A stretch of DNA of 35,280 nucleotides from a virus (taxonomy: Duplodnaviria; Caudoviricetes): positions 1 through 35,280 of IMG/VR virus record IMGVR_UViG_3300025018_000335; one strand, written 5' to 3'. Below are positions 7,455-16,881 of the stretch, piece by piece. The position numbers and the translations under genes are program-made. Numbering within the stretch: position 1 is the stretch's first letter; every line of letters starts with the position of its first letter. The notes under the pieces were generated by a model, which was not told the origin of the DNA, searched no databases, and was given only the letters and a program-made list of their open reading frames with translations.

Positions 7455-7890
7455 CTAGTGCCTCCAGTGGTTTTGGTGGAATCATTTTTCGGTACACAGT
7501 ATCAAAGATGTCAAAGTTTCTACAAGGTACTCCATAAAAGAGTACAAAACTTTGACCACCCTTCACACTAGGGTTACCTATGAAACAATTTCCACTTTGT
7601 TTCAAATGAATGACCGACAGTTTGTTGGTCTCCTTCATTAAAAAATACACAACATAGGCAACTCCATTTCCATTGGGTTCAGTTTTCTTGAACACAATGT
7701 ATCCAGAGTTGTCTGTGATTGCTTGGGTATGTAAGTCCCAACTGGTAAGATCTTGACCACACGCCTTTCCCGCAAAGAAAGAAGTGAGGATTATCAATAC
7801 CAGTATGAACCAACATGTACCGCCTTTACAGATTGTTTTCATCGTCTTTGTCGAATTCGTAAGGAAAATCTTCACGACCCATTCCAACAA
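7444..7890 (-). CDS. Secreted/membrane hypothetical protein (likely start MKTICK)
   Basis: Hydrophobic WFILVLIILTSFFAG segment. Confidence 0.6.
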   Translation of the reverse strand: MLEWVVKIFLTNSTKTMKTICKGGTCWFILVLIILTSFFAGKACGQDLTSWDLHTQAITDNSGYIVFKKTEPNGNGVAYVVYFLMKETNKLSVIHLKQSGNCFIGNPSVKGGQSFVLFYGVPCRNFDIFDTVYRKMIPPKPLEALDEG

Positions 7891-8125
7891 GAGCGTTGTA
7901 GTCTCTTATTTTAATGTGGTCTTCTGTGAAGTTGAAACAGAACCCTGACTCTGATGTGTAGTTTTCACCCATACAGAGATGACCGAAAATTACTTCACCA
8001 TAATCAGAGAATACCTTTGCGTAATAAATGCGTTGAGGTGTAACCTTTTTGCATTTACGACAGTATAGTCTTGCTGTGAATTGCATTAGATTATGAGTTC
8101 CATAACTCCCTCGTTTGTGAGCCAT
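7826..8125 (-). CDS. Hypothetical protein (CxxC)
   Basis: ORF track. Confidence 0.55.
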   Translation of the reverse strand: MAHKRGSYGTHNLMQFTARLYCRKCKKVTPQRIYYAKVFSDYGEVIFGHLCMGENYTSESGFCFNFTEDHIKIRDYNALVGMGREDFPYEFDKDDENNL

Positions 8126-8286
8126 TTATCCTCTGTATGGGATTTGTGACATGTGTACTTCACAAGCCACTTACAGTCCTTATATGCAATGATTACCATT
8201 GTGGTATGACCGTTGCATATATGACATCTTTTTCTTGAGTTAATTTTTACACTATGCTCAAGAAGCCGAATTAGAATTTGGAACAT
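8086..8286 (-). CDS. Small Cys/His-rich hypothetical protein
   Basis: GGAG Shine-Dalgarno upstream; CHIC motif. Confidence 0.55.
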   Translation of the reverse strand: MFQILIRLLEHSVKINSRKRCHICNGHTTMVIIAYKDCKWLVKYTCHKSHTEDKWLTNEGVMELII

Positions 8287-8640
8287 GATTTTCTCCGTTT
8301 TGTGAAAGAACTATCTAGCCGACAACAAGTGTCAGCTAACAACTGCCTCCGAACTTACGCTCGGCTAGATAATTCCTTAAATTGTAAAAGAACCTTCTTT
8401 AGTGGGGAACGACGACTGGCTTTGTTGCATTTCTTCTACTGGTGTAAAAACACCTCACTCCCCACAATCTATGGTATGCACACACTGGGTGGTTTTGTGG
8501 TCGTCATTGAAAAGTTGCCTCATCCCCCATTAAAGAACATTCCCTTTTACCCCTAACGAGCCTGTGTCTCTCGGGGTCTCTGGTTTGTTTACATCCTAGA
8601 CCCTTTTTTGTAAACCTAACAGCTGGCACTCGTTACGGGT

Positions 8641-8673
8641 AAAAGAGAGCCGATATTTTACTTGCTCGGCTCT
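8641..8673 (-). terminator. Intrinsic terminator after the metallophosphoesterase
   Basis: AGAGCCGA...TCGGCTCT CTTTT. Confidence 0.65.
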
Positions 8674-8680
8674 TACAAGT

Positions 8681-10168
8681 TTAGTGTAAAGGAACATCCA
8701 TCACAATCGGCAACCCTTCCTTGACGCTGATTTCCAAATACCCCGAGAGACTTGAGTAGCCCAAGTTCTTGGAGAAGTTGTTACCAGTGAAAATAGAAGG
8801 TGCATGGATTGTACGATTATGGAAATGGTCTGCATTTATCTTTCGTGAATGCAGGTGAGCCATAACCACAAGGTTGAACATTCCAGCAAATCCATACTGA
8901 TTGACAATATGGTCGGGGTTTTTCTTGGAAATAGCCAAGTGACCATGTGTGAATACAAATCCACAATCATCAAGCGTCATGGGGTATACATCCTTTGACC
9001 ACTCTACTGGAAACTTCTTTCCATATCGAGCGTGGAGAATGTAGTGTACCCAATGGATTATCTCACCGACAACATCTTCTTTGTTACTGCTCGTAACCCG
9101 GTCGTGGTTTCCTGCGATGAGGACAACACGCTCTATGTTATTTACGGCACCAATGAAGTCTGTGAGGATTTCCGTTGCCTTGATTGTGGCTTGTGTACCA
9201 TAACCATACTTCTTGTCGATATTCTTCCACGAGTTGATATGATTTAATCCAGTAAAAGTTTCAATAAGGTCTCCGTTTATCACGAGAGTTACCTTCTTGG
9301 CTTTTCTCTGGTTTGTTTCTTTTGCAATCGTAGCAAGTCTATTGACAATCACATCGGCATTGAAAGCAGGGAGATTTCTCTCCTCCTCGATTTCGGCACC
9401 AACATGTAGGTCGCACACATGAACAATGACATTTCCAGTACGAACATCTCTTGTCTTTTTCACAAGAGGGGCTTCTTTGGCTTCAGCCACATATTCAAGG
9501 ATTGCATCCTCAAATAACTGTCTGCGATAATCGAGTTTGGCAACTTCCTTGATTGCGTTCTCGTACGCCCTTGTGCGTTGTTTATTGTCCTCATGGACAA
9601 TAACGGCACGCATATTTTTAGGACTGTACTTTTCTGCAATCTTAGAAGCAATCATGTCACACGCTTCCTTCTCCGTATGGAGAGAGAGTGTGTATGGACT
9701 AAAGACATCGCTGTCTTTTACCAAGTCAAATGTTCGCTTGAGACTTTGCCACTCAATGGCATTGAATCCGTGGTCGTTCTGAACCTGGACTTGAGACTTG
9801 TTGAGACCATGCTTTGAGTATTCATAGAAGATTGAATCCAACTCCACGAGAGTTAGTTTCATGTCTCCATGTTTGAACTTCCAAAACACATCCTCACCCT
9901 TCACTTCAAAACGAGGTTCTGTGGCTTGTTCAGCCTTGACATAACCTGTGGGAAATGGTGTTGTGTCGTGTCCTTCATCGGCTAGTTTTTCAGCGTGTTT
10001 TCTTACTGCACGCTCTGAAATACCAAGCTGTTCAGAAATCCACTTCACATTACTGTTAGGGTGTCTGTCGTTCCAGTGTTCGTAAACGAATTTACGCCTA
10101 CAATGGCAACCCTTTACACTCGGAGGACGAACCCCTTTGTATGTGGGGTGTTTGTCACATTTGAACAT
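8681..10168 (-). CDS. Calcineurin-like metallophosphoesterase with N-terminal HTH
   Basis: CDLH, NGD, AGNHD, THGH, AHLH motifs; HTH ISEQLGISERAVRKH; AGGAGG before ATG 10168. Confidence 0.85.
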   Translation of the reverse strand: MFKCDKHPTYKGVRPPSVKGCHCRRKFVYEHWNDRHPNSNVKWISEQLGISERAVRKHAEKLADEGHDTTPFPTGYVKAEQATEPRFEVKGEDVFWKFKHGDMKLTLVELDSIFYEYSKHGLNKSQVQVQNDHGFNAIEWQSLKRTFDLVKDSDVFSPYTLSLHTEKEACDMIASKIAEKYSPKNMRAVIVHEDNKQRTRAYENAIKEVAKLDYRRQLFEDAILEYVAEAKEAPLVKKTRDVRTGNVIVHVCDLHVGAEIEEERNLPAFNADVIVNRLATIAKETNQRKAKKVTLVINGDLIETFTGLNHINSWKNIDKKYGYGTQATIKATEILTDFIGAVNNIERVVLIAGNHDRVTSSNKEDVVGEIIHWVHYILHARYGKKFPVEWSKDVYPMTLDDCGFVFTHGHLAISKKNPDHIVNQYGFAGMFNLVVMAHLHSRKINADHFHNRTIHAPSIFTGNNFSKNLGYSSLSGYLEISVKEGLPIVMDVPLH

Positions 10169-10205
10169 ATCGTCCTCCTGTTGTTTGATTGAACTTTCCA
10201 TTTAT

Positions 10206-10241
10206 ATTATACCACTTTATAGGAAAAAGTCTTGTGGATAA
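10206..10241 (-). promoter_or_regulatory. Extended -10 promoter (TGGTATAAT) with TTATCCACA box (10233-10241)
   Basis: Direct motif reading. Confidence 0.65.
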
Positions 10242-10242
10242 A

Positions 10243-10836
10243 TTAAGTCAGAAGATATTGTACATATCTCATACCTGACTTTACGAGTGTGTTCATGTCT
10301 GCTTTATCGACAGCAAACTCATCTTGTAAAAATAGGTGTGGGGAGAAACTTCCGTTGGCTTCATTACTGTCAATCCAAGTAATAACTCCACTATGTTCAT
10401 CGTATTCAATTCTATAAAGTCCAATGTGTGTATGTGGTCCAGTAGAGAAGCCTGTGTTGTCTGCAATCATTATCAACTCTCCTAGTTTTGGTTCATAGCC
10501 TTCTTTCACAAGTATTCTGTCTCCATGAGCCATCACCAAATAAGCGTAACATTCTCTTTCAAACATTTTTACCTTATTTTTTGAGCGTAGCCACATTTCT
10601 CTACCACCTCCTTTTGGAAAGTCTCTTACTAGGTGTACAACAAAACCCTCTACTGGACAGTAGACGGGATAGTGGGGTTGTTTCCCTTGATGTGTGTGGA
10701 GGTAACCAGTATTTGCATCTATTCCATTATGTAGTGAGAAATCAAAACCATTGTCTTTGTACATTTGGTTTCTGTTTCCCCATTTTTGAGTAACGATGAA
10801 GGGTTTAAATGGTTTATATATTTTTAACTCATTCAC
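10243..10836 (-). CDS. M23-family peptidase (endolysin-like)
   Basis: HNGID (HxxxD) and NTGFSTGPHTH (HxH). Confidence 0.85.
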   Translation of the reverse strand: MNELKIYKPFKPFIVTQKWGNRNQMYKDNGFDFSLHNGIDANTGYLHTHQGKQPHYPVYCPVEGFVVHLVRDFPKGGGREMWLRSKNKVKMFERECYAYLVMAHGDRILVKEGYEPKLGELIMIADNTGFSTGPHTHIGLYRIEYDEHSGVITWIDSNEANGSFSPHLFLQDEFAVDKADMNTLVKSGMRYVQYLLT

Positions 10837-10843
10837 GAGTTTT

Positions 10844-10881
10844 ATTATACAATGTATTGTATTTTGTGCAAGTGTGGATAA
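10844..10881 (-). promoter_or_regulatory. Promoter TTGCAC...TATAAT with adjacent TTATCCACA box (10873-10881)
   Basis: Direct motif reading; -10 lies 7 nt before the GTG start. Confidence 0.65.
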
Positions 10882-10886
10882 CTATG

Positions 10887-10915
10887 TTTACTTCCAGAAA
10901 GAAAAAATGTATAGT
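10887..10915 (+). promoter_or_regulatory. Promoter TTTACT-17-TATAGT
   Basis: 17-bp spacer; ATG 8 nt downstream of -10. Confidence 0.6.
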
Positions 10916-10923
10916 GTGAATAT

Positions 10924-11025
10924 ATGATAAGTATATTATTCACAATGATAGGGGCACTTATTTCCTTTTACTTTATATGGATTATGATATGTGCTATTGT
11001 CAGAATAAAAGATGATTGGTTTTAG
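10924..11025 (+). CDS. 33-aa single-TM protein, the only credible + strand CDS
   Basis: MISILFTMIGALISFYFIWIMICAIVRIKDDWF; own promoter; fits the intergenic gap. Confidence 0.6.
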   Translation: MISILFTMIGALISFYFIWIMICAIVRIKDDWF

Positions 11026-11028
11026 GCG

Positions 11029-13059
11029 CTACCGTTTTAGTATAATTTCTAAAGCAGAGATGATCTCTTGATCTGTTGTTCCTAACACCCTGTCAGCCGC
11101 CAACTCTATTACATCCTTGCCAGCACCCAGTAAATTACCCTGAGCCAGATTTTGCGCAACGCGAACCCCTCGACTAGACTGTTCTAGTGCCCTACCAACT
11201 TGCCCCTGCAAACCAGTAGTTGCTTGTGTGCCAAAGATATCTTCTAATATATCGTTTACAATAACAAGGTTGGTGATACTTCTGTTTGCGTCTCCCCCAA
11301 GTTTTGCAGTTTCTCTGTCTAGTATTTGAAACATTCTCAACACATCACCCCTATTTGCTGAGTTGCCAAGTGCCCGTCTTGCAACCTGTCCAGCCCTTAT
11401 ATTTGCAAAACCGCTATTTATATCAAATTTAGTACCAAGAACATCTCCAATGTTATCAGCAATATTTATAAGTTGTGAATATTGAGTGTTGGCTAGGTCA
11501 TAGGCTGGCACAGCACCATCTAGCACTCCGTCTATATCTCTTCGCAATTCTTTAACTATACGAACACTTGTCCCCTTAAGACCTTCCGCTGATTTACCCC
11601 ACTCCACATTTTCGTCTATTAGTTTTTTTAGTCTATGACCCTGAATCGCATCATCGTCTATTCCTCTTAATCTTTTCCAAACAGTTTTTAATAAGTTTTG
11701 AGCGGGCGTGACACCCTCAAAAGAAGAACCTTCAAAAATCAGATCACCAGCATCATCTACAAAAACACCCTGCTCTTGAATCATGTCTATAAAATTAGAT
11801 TCAGCAGCAGTATAGTCTACCTTAACACCCTTTAATCCTTTTGCAGCCTCATCAACATTCTTTCCAGCTTTTTTTATTTCTTTTTGTATAATTTTTACCT
11901 TGTTTACAATTTCGTCACCAACTATATCACTAGATCTTTTAACAAATCCACGATTTGCTTTAGATTTTTGGGTGGTATCTAGCATTTCAAGCGCCGCCTT
12001 TTTCTCTGATTGTGTTAAGCTTTTTAACTGAACAACATCAGCCTCCTCTAATCCTGGAACCCCACGAAGCAACTTCCTGGATTCTGTGTCTTGTTTTATT
12101 GTACCGCCCTCTACCTTAAACTTTGCCAACTGCTCTGTCTCGTCTTGTGTTCGTATAATTGTTCCAGGCAACAGGTCGTCTGATTGTGTTTTTATTACTG
12201 CTCTTTCCCCCAACCCATTTGAAGGAGCTAGTGTTGTTGGTTCGCCGCTAAATATCTTTTGCGATTCTAGTTTGCGAAGTTTTCTTGCTGAAGTGGCACC
12301 ACCGATACCGCCAGCAGCGGCGCCCAATGCACCACCAGCCAAACCTCCAATCGCTCCACCCGTTGCGACACCTTGAATAACATCACCAACCCCCTCGTCT
12401 CGTCTTAATGCTGCAGCACCCCCTTCAATTGCGCCAAATCCAGCACCAAACTTTGCTCCTGTTTTTAAACCCTCCAAAGTCGCTCTACCAGTGGCTTGAG
12501 TAGCCCCACCTCCGAGTATACTTGGGACACCCTTAAATCTTTGAAAAGATTGTGCACCCTTCGCCGCCTTACCTATAGTGCCTAGACCAATAACACTTGC
12601 CGCTGTTCCAATAGCCTCACCAACTACTTGTTTATTAGATTTTCCAATAGCTGGGTTAATTGCCGAGTCTTCCGCCTCGATATTTATGCCACTTTCTTTT
12701 AGTGCGCCGAGTAGCCTTGATACATCTTCTCCTCTACTCCGCTTTTCTCTTATGCGGTCTAGCACTGTATCTTGCGTAGATACAAGTTGCTCTCTTGATT
12801 GTGTTAATTCCTTTGCTTCTTTAGTTTCAGGTATTATAGAACCTGCGATTGAACCACCGAAACCACGAACTCCAGGTAGAATAAAATCAGTAGCCTTACC
12901 AAGAAAATCCCCCTTGCTCTTTTGGGGTTGTCTTAGTCTCCTGACTTCCTCAATTGCCTGTTCTTTGGTCGGCATTGAAGTGTCGCTAGGTGTATCTTGA
13001 AGCATGGTGCTTGTCATAAATTGCTTTACCTCTTGTTTTTGTTCTTGTGTTAATGCCAT
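11029..13059 (-). CDS. Putative DNA ejection / internal virion protein
   Basis: Large helical protein with Gly/Ala-rich hydrophobic segments; end of the structural module. Confidence 0.6.
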   Translation of the reverse strand: MALTQEQKQEVKQFMTSTMLQDTPSDTSMPTKEQAIEEVRRLRQPQKSKGDFLGKATDFILPGVRGFGGSIAGSIIPETKEAKELTQSREQLVSTQDTVLDRIREKRSRGEDVSRLLGALKESGINIEAEDSAINPAIGKSNKQVVGEAIGTAASVIGLGTIGKAAKGAQSFQRFKGVPSILGGGATQATGRATLEGLKTGAKFGAGFGAIEGGAAALRRDEGVGDVIQGVATGGAIGGLAGGALGAAAGGIGGATSARKLRKLESQKIFSGEPTTLAPSNGLGERAVIKTQSDDLLPGTIIRTQDETEQLAKFKVEGGTIKQDTESRKLLRGVPGLEEADVVQLKSLTQSEKKAALEMLDTTQKSKANRGFVKRSSDIVGDEIVNKVKIIQKEIKKAGKNVDEAAKGLKGVKVDYTAAESNFIDMIQEQGVFVDDAGDLIFEGSSFEGVTPAQNLLKTVWKRLRGIDDDAIQGHRLKKLIDENVEWGKSAEGLKGTSVRIVKELRRDIDGVLDGAVPAYDLANTQYSQLINIADNIGDVLGTKFDINSGFANIRAGQVARRALGNSANRGDVLRMFQILDRETAKLGGDANRSITNLVIVNDILEDIFGTQATTGLQGQVGRALEQSSRGVRVAQNLAQGNLLGAGKDVIELAADRVLGTTDQEIISALEIILKR

Positions 13060-13064
13060 GTTGT

Positions 13065-14906
13065 TTATGCGTAAAATCCCTCTTGTCTTGCTATTGCCTG
13101 TAATAGTGAAACGAAGTTTATATTTCCAGTCCTTGTGTCGGGAGAAACTCCTAATATAGATGCTACAGAATTTGTCCAGTTTGGATCTTCTGCATACACC
13201 TTACCAAGTTCTGCAAGTGTTGGGTTTGCTGGTAAAAATCGACTATTTCCAGATATTTTTGCTCTCAAATCTCTTTCCAATGCTTCAAATCCCGCGTCTG
13301 CGTCAGGGAATATTAAGTGCCCTTGTTCATCTGTGCCTATTGCGAGAGTGTCTGCGAGTCCTCCTGCTTTTATATTCCCTGGATTGTTGTTTCTTTGAGG
13401 AACATTTGAGGCTTGTTTTGTGTCGCCCCCAACCTGTTTAAAATTACCGCCATGGATTTCTCTCCATGCCTCCAGTGCTATGTCAGCAAGTTCTTCGTCT
13501 GTGGCATTTGGGAATCTTTGAGATGCCTGAATTACCACTTCTGAAAAACTAGAATTTTCTTGTCTCAGGGCTGAGCCAGCCTCATCCCGTAGCCCTTGAA
13601 TGACCGTTCTTCTGTTCTGTGATTTTTGTTGAATAACCTCTGGAGAGTCGCCTGGTTGTGGGAAGTATTGTAATTGAGCACTTTCAAACTCTGTATCTGT
13701 AATATTCGCGCCTGATTCTCGCCTCAAGATTGCGTTTACAAAGTTTCTCTGCGCTTGTTCAAACCTCTGTCGATCTGATGACTTTAGAAAATTAGGCGCA
13801 AATCTGCCAAGTTCTAATGCGCCAGTAAAATCCGCCCCAATTTCATTTATAACATTATCTGCCTGTGATGCGCGGCTAGAAAATGTTGCTGCTTGGAATT
13901 GTGTACCAGACGGCGTTGGTACATCATCCTCCTCGCCAGCAACTGCTGCTAGCACATCTGTTATCTCATCAAGTGATATATCTCCCACCTGATTACCTTG
14001 TTCATCAAAGTTTATCATTTGGAATATTTCTTGTGGCGATGTTATACCTGACGATATTACACCAAGAACAGCCGCCTGTCTTGATGCTTCAAAGTTTCCC
14101 TCGGGTTTCTGTAATTGTTTTTCCAGGATCTCTCCTATTTGAACTATGTTTTCTAGGTTCTGTTGGCTAAATCCTAGAGATGTTTGTAGCATGTTTGCCA
14201 TTCCCGTTCTACTGTCCGTCAAAGCCTGTAGTTGATTAGTCAATGCGTTTCTCTGTATTGCTGATTGTCTTTGAATCTCTGCCTGTTCACCTCGTATTGC
14301 AAATGTTGGTGCTCGTCTAGCCTCTGATATTGCGTCTTGACGCATGGTTTCAAGGTCGAAGTCTCTTATCTGTTGTAGTGTCTGTGTTTCAAGGTCTGTA
14401 GGCTGTGACAATCTAATTGCTTCCTGCTGTAGTCTTTGTATCTCCTCTTGCTGTGCCATGATAGGAGATAGTATGTCTGATTGTGTTGGTCTGTCTGTTA
14501 CTGCTGTTTGTACTACGGGTGCAGAAATGTTTGGTGTAATCTGTGCTGTGTCCACTGCAAAAGTAGGTACACCTGATGTTATGTTGCCCGTTTGGTCTAC
14601 TGTGACCTCTCTACCGTTTGGTAATGTAACTGTTTGAGGAGACATTTGAGAAGATACTGGTGCAGGTTGTGCCACAGGTAGCGGAGCCTGCGGTGCTGTC
14701 TGTGTTGGTCTAGGTTCCACAAAACCTCTGTTTGATTCTCTCAGGGGTACGGTCTCAGTAACTGACCTTTGTTGTCCAGCAAGACCAGTGCTTGGCACCT
14801 TTCTTGTTTGTGTAACTGGTACACTTCCCAAATCAAAACCAGATGCGACTGACTTCGCAAAGTCTGTTGTAGGAAGTTTGAAACTTGATGATGATAAAAT
14901 TGCCAT
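13065..14906 (-). CDS. Putative ejection protein with C-terminal lysozyme-like domain
   Basis: Gln-rich coiled coil; C-terminal RNNNPGNI...FPDADAGFEAL...TLAELGKVYA. Confidence 0.65.
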   Translation of the reverse strand: MAILSSSSFKLPTTDFAKSVASGFDLGSVPVTQTRKVPSTGLAGQQRSVTETVPLRESNRGFVEPRPTQTAPQAPLPVAQPAPVSSQMSPQTVTLPNGREVTVDQTGNITSGVPTFAVDTAQITPNISAPVVQTAVTDRPTQSDILSPIMAQQEEIQRLQQEAIRLSQPTDLETQTLQQIRDFDLETMRQDAISEARRAPTFAIRGEQAEIQRQSAIQRNALTNQLQALTDSRTGMANMLQTSLGFSQQNLENIVQIGEILEKQLQKPEGNFEASRQAAVLGVISSGITSPQEIFQMINFDEQGNQVGDISLDEITDVLAAVAGEEDDVPTPSGTQFQAATFSSRASQADNVINEIGADFTGALELGRFAPNFLKSSDRQRFEQAQRNFVNAILRRESGANITDTEFESAQLQYFPQPGDSPEVIQQKSQNRRTVIQGLRDEAGSALRQENSSFSEVVIQASQRFPNATDEELADIALEAWREIHGGNFKQVGGDTKQASNVPQRNNNPGNIKAGGLADTLAIGTDEQGHLIFPDADAGFEALERDLRAKISGNSRFLPANPTLAELGKVYAEDPNWTNSVASILGVSPDTRTGNINFVSLLQAIARQEGFYA

Positions 14907-14928
14907 GTTTATATATTATATAATAAAA

Positions 14929-15177
14929 TTATGCACCTGTCGAGTACCGCCATTCATTGTTTGTTGTGTCATACCAATAAAAACGATAGGTCGTGGTGTT
15001 CTTGTAAATTGCGAATTGTTCTGTGAATGTTCGTGGGGTCCAATCTGGTACTGCTGATACGGTTTTAATAAATCCTGTGAGATTTATAATATCTCTGTCT
15101 TCTCCTGTGTTTATCTCGGGCTCGTCATATTTGAGTGTCAATTCTGGCTTTTCTTTTGTGGGTGTATTTATTTTCAT
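14929..15177 (-). CDS. Small virion/tail protein
   Basis: Position; YWYDTTNNEWRY. Confidence 0.6.
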   Translation of the reverse strand: MKINTPTKEKPELTLKYDEPEINTGEDRDIINLTGFIKTVSAVPDWTPRTFTEQFAIYKNTTTYRFYWYDTTNNEWRYSTGA

Positions 15178-16601
15178 TATGTTTTTGTTGGTTCACCATA
15201 CACATCTATCTGCTTTATTGACAGACCTGTAAATGCAATGTCAAGTAAAAGAGACTCACACTCTAGGTTAGAGTAGAGATTCGCAACTCTCACAGCGCCT
15301 TTATTAGCAAAAGATATCTCATTTGTTGCACCAAATCCAGACAAAGAACTGTCAGGTGTTGGTGCTGCTAATACTGTCATTTGATCTCCACTTGCCAGAG
15401 GTTCTGCAAAAGTAAATCGTATTCTGTTTATTGTATATCTATCTTTAAGGTCAATGGCTGTAGTAACTGCTTTCGATGAACTTGTTCCTGCTGAGGTGAT
15501 ATTTGCTCGATAAAGTTTATCAGATGATGTCCCTACAAAAAGTCGTTCTATCTTGGCGTTTGCAAGTACGAGTTTTGCTGTCCCTGAATGAATGTATGGA
15601 TTGAACAATGCCGTGGGTACATTGGGTGTCATTTTCCCATAAGAAGATGTTTTTGTAGAGTTTCCGATTAAAATAGCCTCATTGTATACATCAGTTGCGT
15701 TGTGTACCGTACTCCCAAGTGTTGTTGGTACATTTTGTACTAACTGGGGAGATGAATTAAATGTGAAAGCATATATGCCCGTAGGGGTTACTGCATACTG
15801 TATTCCACCTATGTTTCTGATTGCGCTAATAGATATAGCGGGTATATTCCACTCTCTTTGCCACGAGCCTGAGTTTTGGTCCCAGAATACTACCTTTGTA
15901 GAAGATTGTCCTAGCAGTCCATTAGGGTTCTTTGTTATTCCTGCTACAAAATATTGTCCATCATCTGAAATAGTTGTTGCAATGTAGTCGTCTTCAAAAT
16001 CAAGCACATTCACATCATTGACTGCTGCACTTGTACCATTGTCATAAATCATCCCTATCTTTGAGCCATTTGTATAATATACTCGGTCAAAAATCCTGTG
16101 TGTAATGTGAATAGCGTTTGTAAGACCTGTGAAGTGGTTATCAGTCCATCCTGTAGGGTGTGTTCCTGACAAATCCCATCGACCAATTTGTGTATTTTGG
16201 AAATAGTATAAATATCTTTGAGACTCTCCGCGAGCCTGAAAGATAGCCATACCTTCTTTAGGTGTGGTGATTGGCGTACCAGAGCGCAAGTCTGTTGGAG
16301 CACCATCAGAAGACATGTCTAGTTTATAGAAATGTCCATCATCTCCAGTTATGTATAAAAATGTACCTCCAGTAGTTGTATCTACTACAGACCCTATCGG
16401 CGTATCTACTACCACCGCACCTGATATGTCTGTGAAGTCTGGCGAAGCGTTGATTATTCCAATACCACTAGAAGAACCGCTCGAAGGTGCGATAAATGGA
16501 TTGAATGTACTACCGATAGTCCAAAGACCTCCTCTTGAATTGTGAAAAGAAGAGTTTATTCCTGATAGTATTTGTTCTGTGCTTATTGTAAATAATTTCA
16601 T
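15177..16601 (-). CDS. Putative tail nozzle / head-closure protein (beta-rich)
   Basis: Size, beta-strand-rich sequence, position between fibres and ejection proteins. Confidence 0.55.
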   Translation of the reverse strand: MKLFTISTEQILSGINSSFHNSRGGLWTIGSTFNPFIAPSSGSSSGIGIINASPDFTDISGAVVVDTPIGSVVDTTTGGTFLYITGDDGHFYKLDMSSDGAPTDLRSGTPITTPKEGMAIFQARGESQRYLYYFQNTQIGRWDLSGTHPTGWTDNHFTGLTNAIHITHRIFDRVYYTNGSKIGMIYDNGTSAAVNDVNVLDFEDDYIATTISDDGQYFVAGITKNPNGLLGQSSTKVVFWDQNSGSWQREWNIPAISISAIRNIGGIQYAVTPTGIYAFTFNSSPQLVQNVPTTLGSTVHNATDVYNEAILIGNSTKTSSYGKMTPNVPTALFNPYIHSGTAKLVLANAKIERLFVGTSSDKLYRANITSAGTSSSKAVTTAIDLKDRYTINRIRFTFAEPLASGDQMTVLAAPTPDSSLSGFGATNEISFANKGAVRVANLYSNLECESLLLDIAFTGLSIKQIDVYGEPTKT

Positions 16602-16879
16602 CGTAATAATTTAATTGTTCCCACTATTGCCGCTACTGCAAGTAGTATCTTGCTTATCCATATAATAAAGTTACCTGCGTTATTTGCTCCCTCGTATGCT
16701 CTTAGTATGGGTTCCATTGTTTCTGTATGTCGGTCTAGTTTTTCATGTAATTTATCAATCTTTCCGTTCACTGTTTTCTGTATAGATTGTTCTACTGCGG
16801 GTATAACCTCTACCTTAATACTTTGTAGAACTTGTCTTGTTACTTCTTGTTCTATTTCTTTTTTTGCCTCCCTGTCCAT
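16598..16879 (-). CDS. Coiled-coil plus C-terminal TM protein (holin/antiholin-like)
   Basis: FIIWISKILLAVAAIVGTIKLLR. Confidence 0.6.
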   Translation of the reverse strand: MDREAKKEIEQEVTRQVLQSIKVEVIPAVEQSIQKTVNGKIDKLHEKLDRHTETMEPILRAYEGANNAGNFIIWISKILLAVAAIVGTIKLLR

Positions 16880-16881
16880 AG

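Noticed and set aside
8278-8556. Plus-strand 92-aa ORF
   Set aside because: No promoter or ribosome-site support seen; against genome polarity
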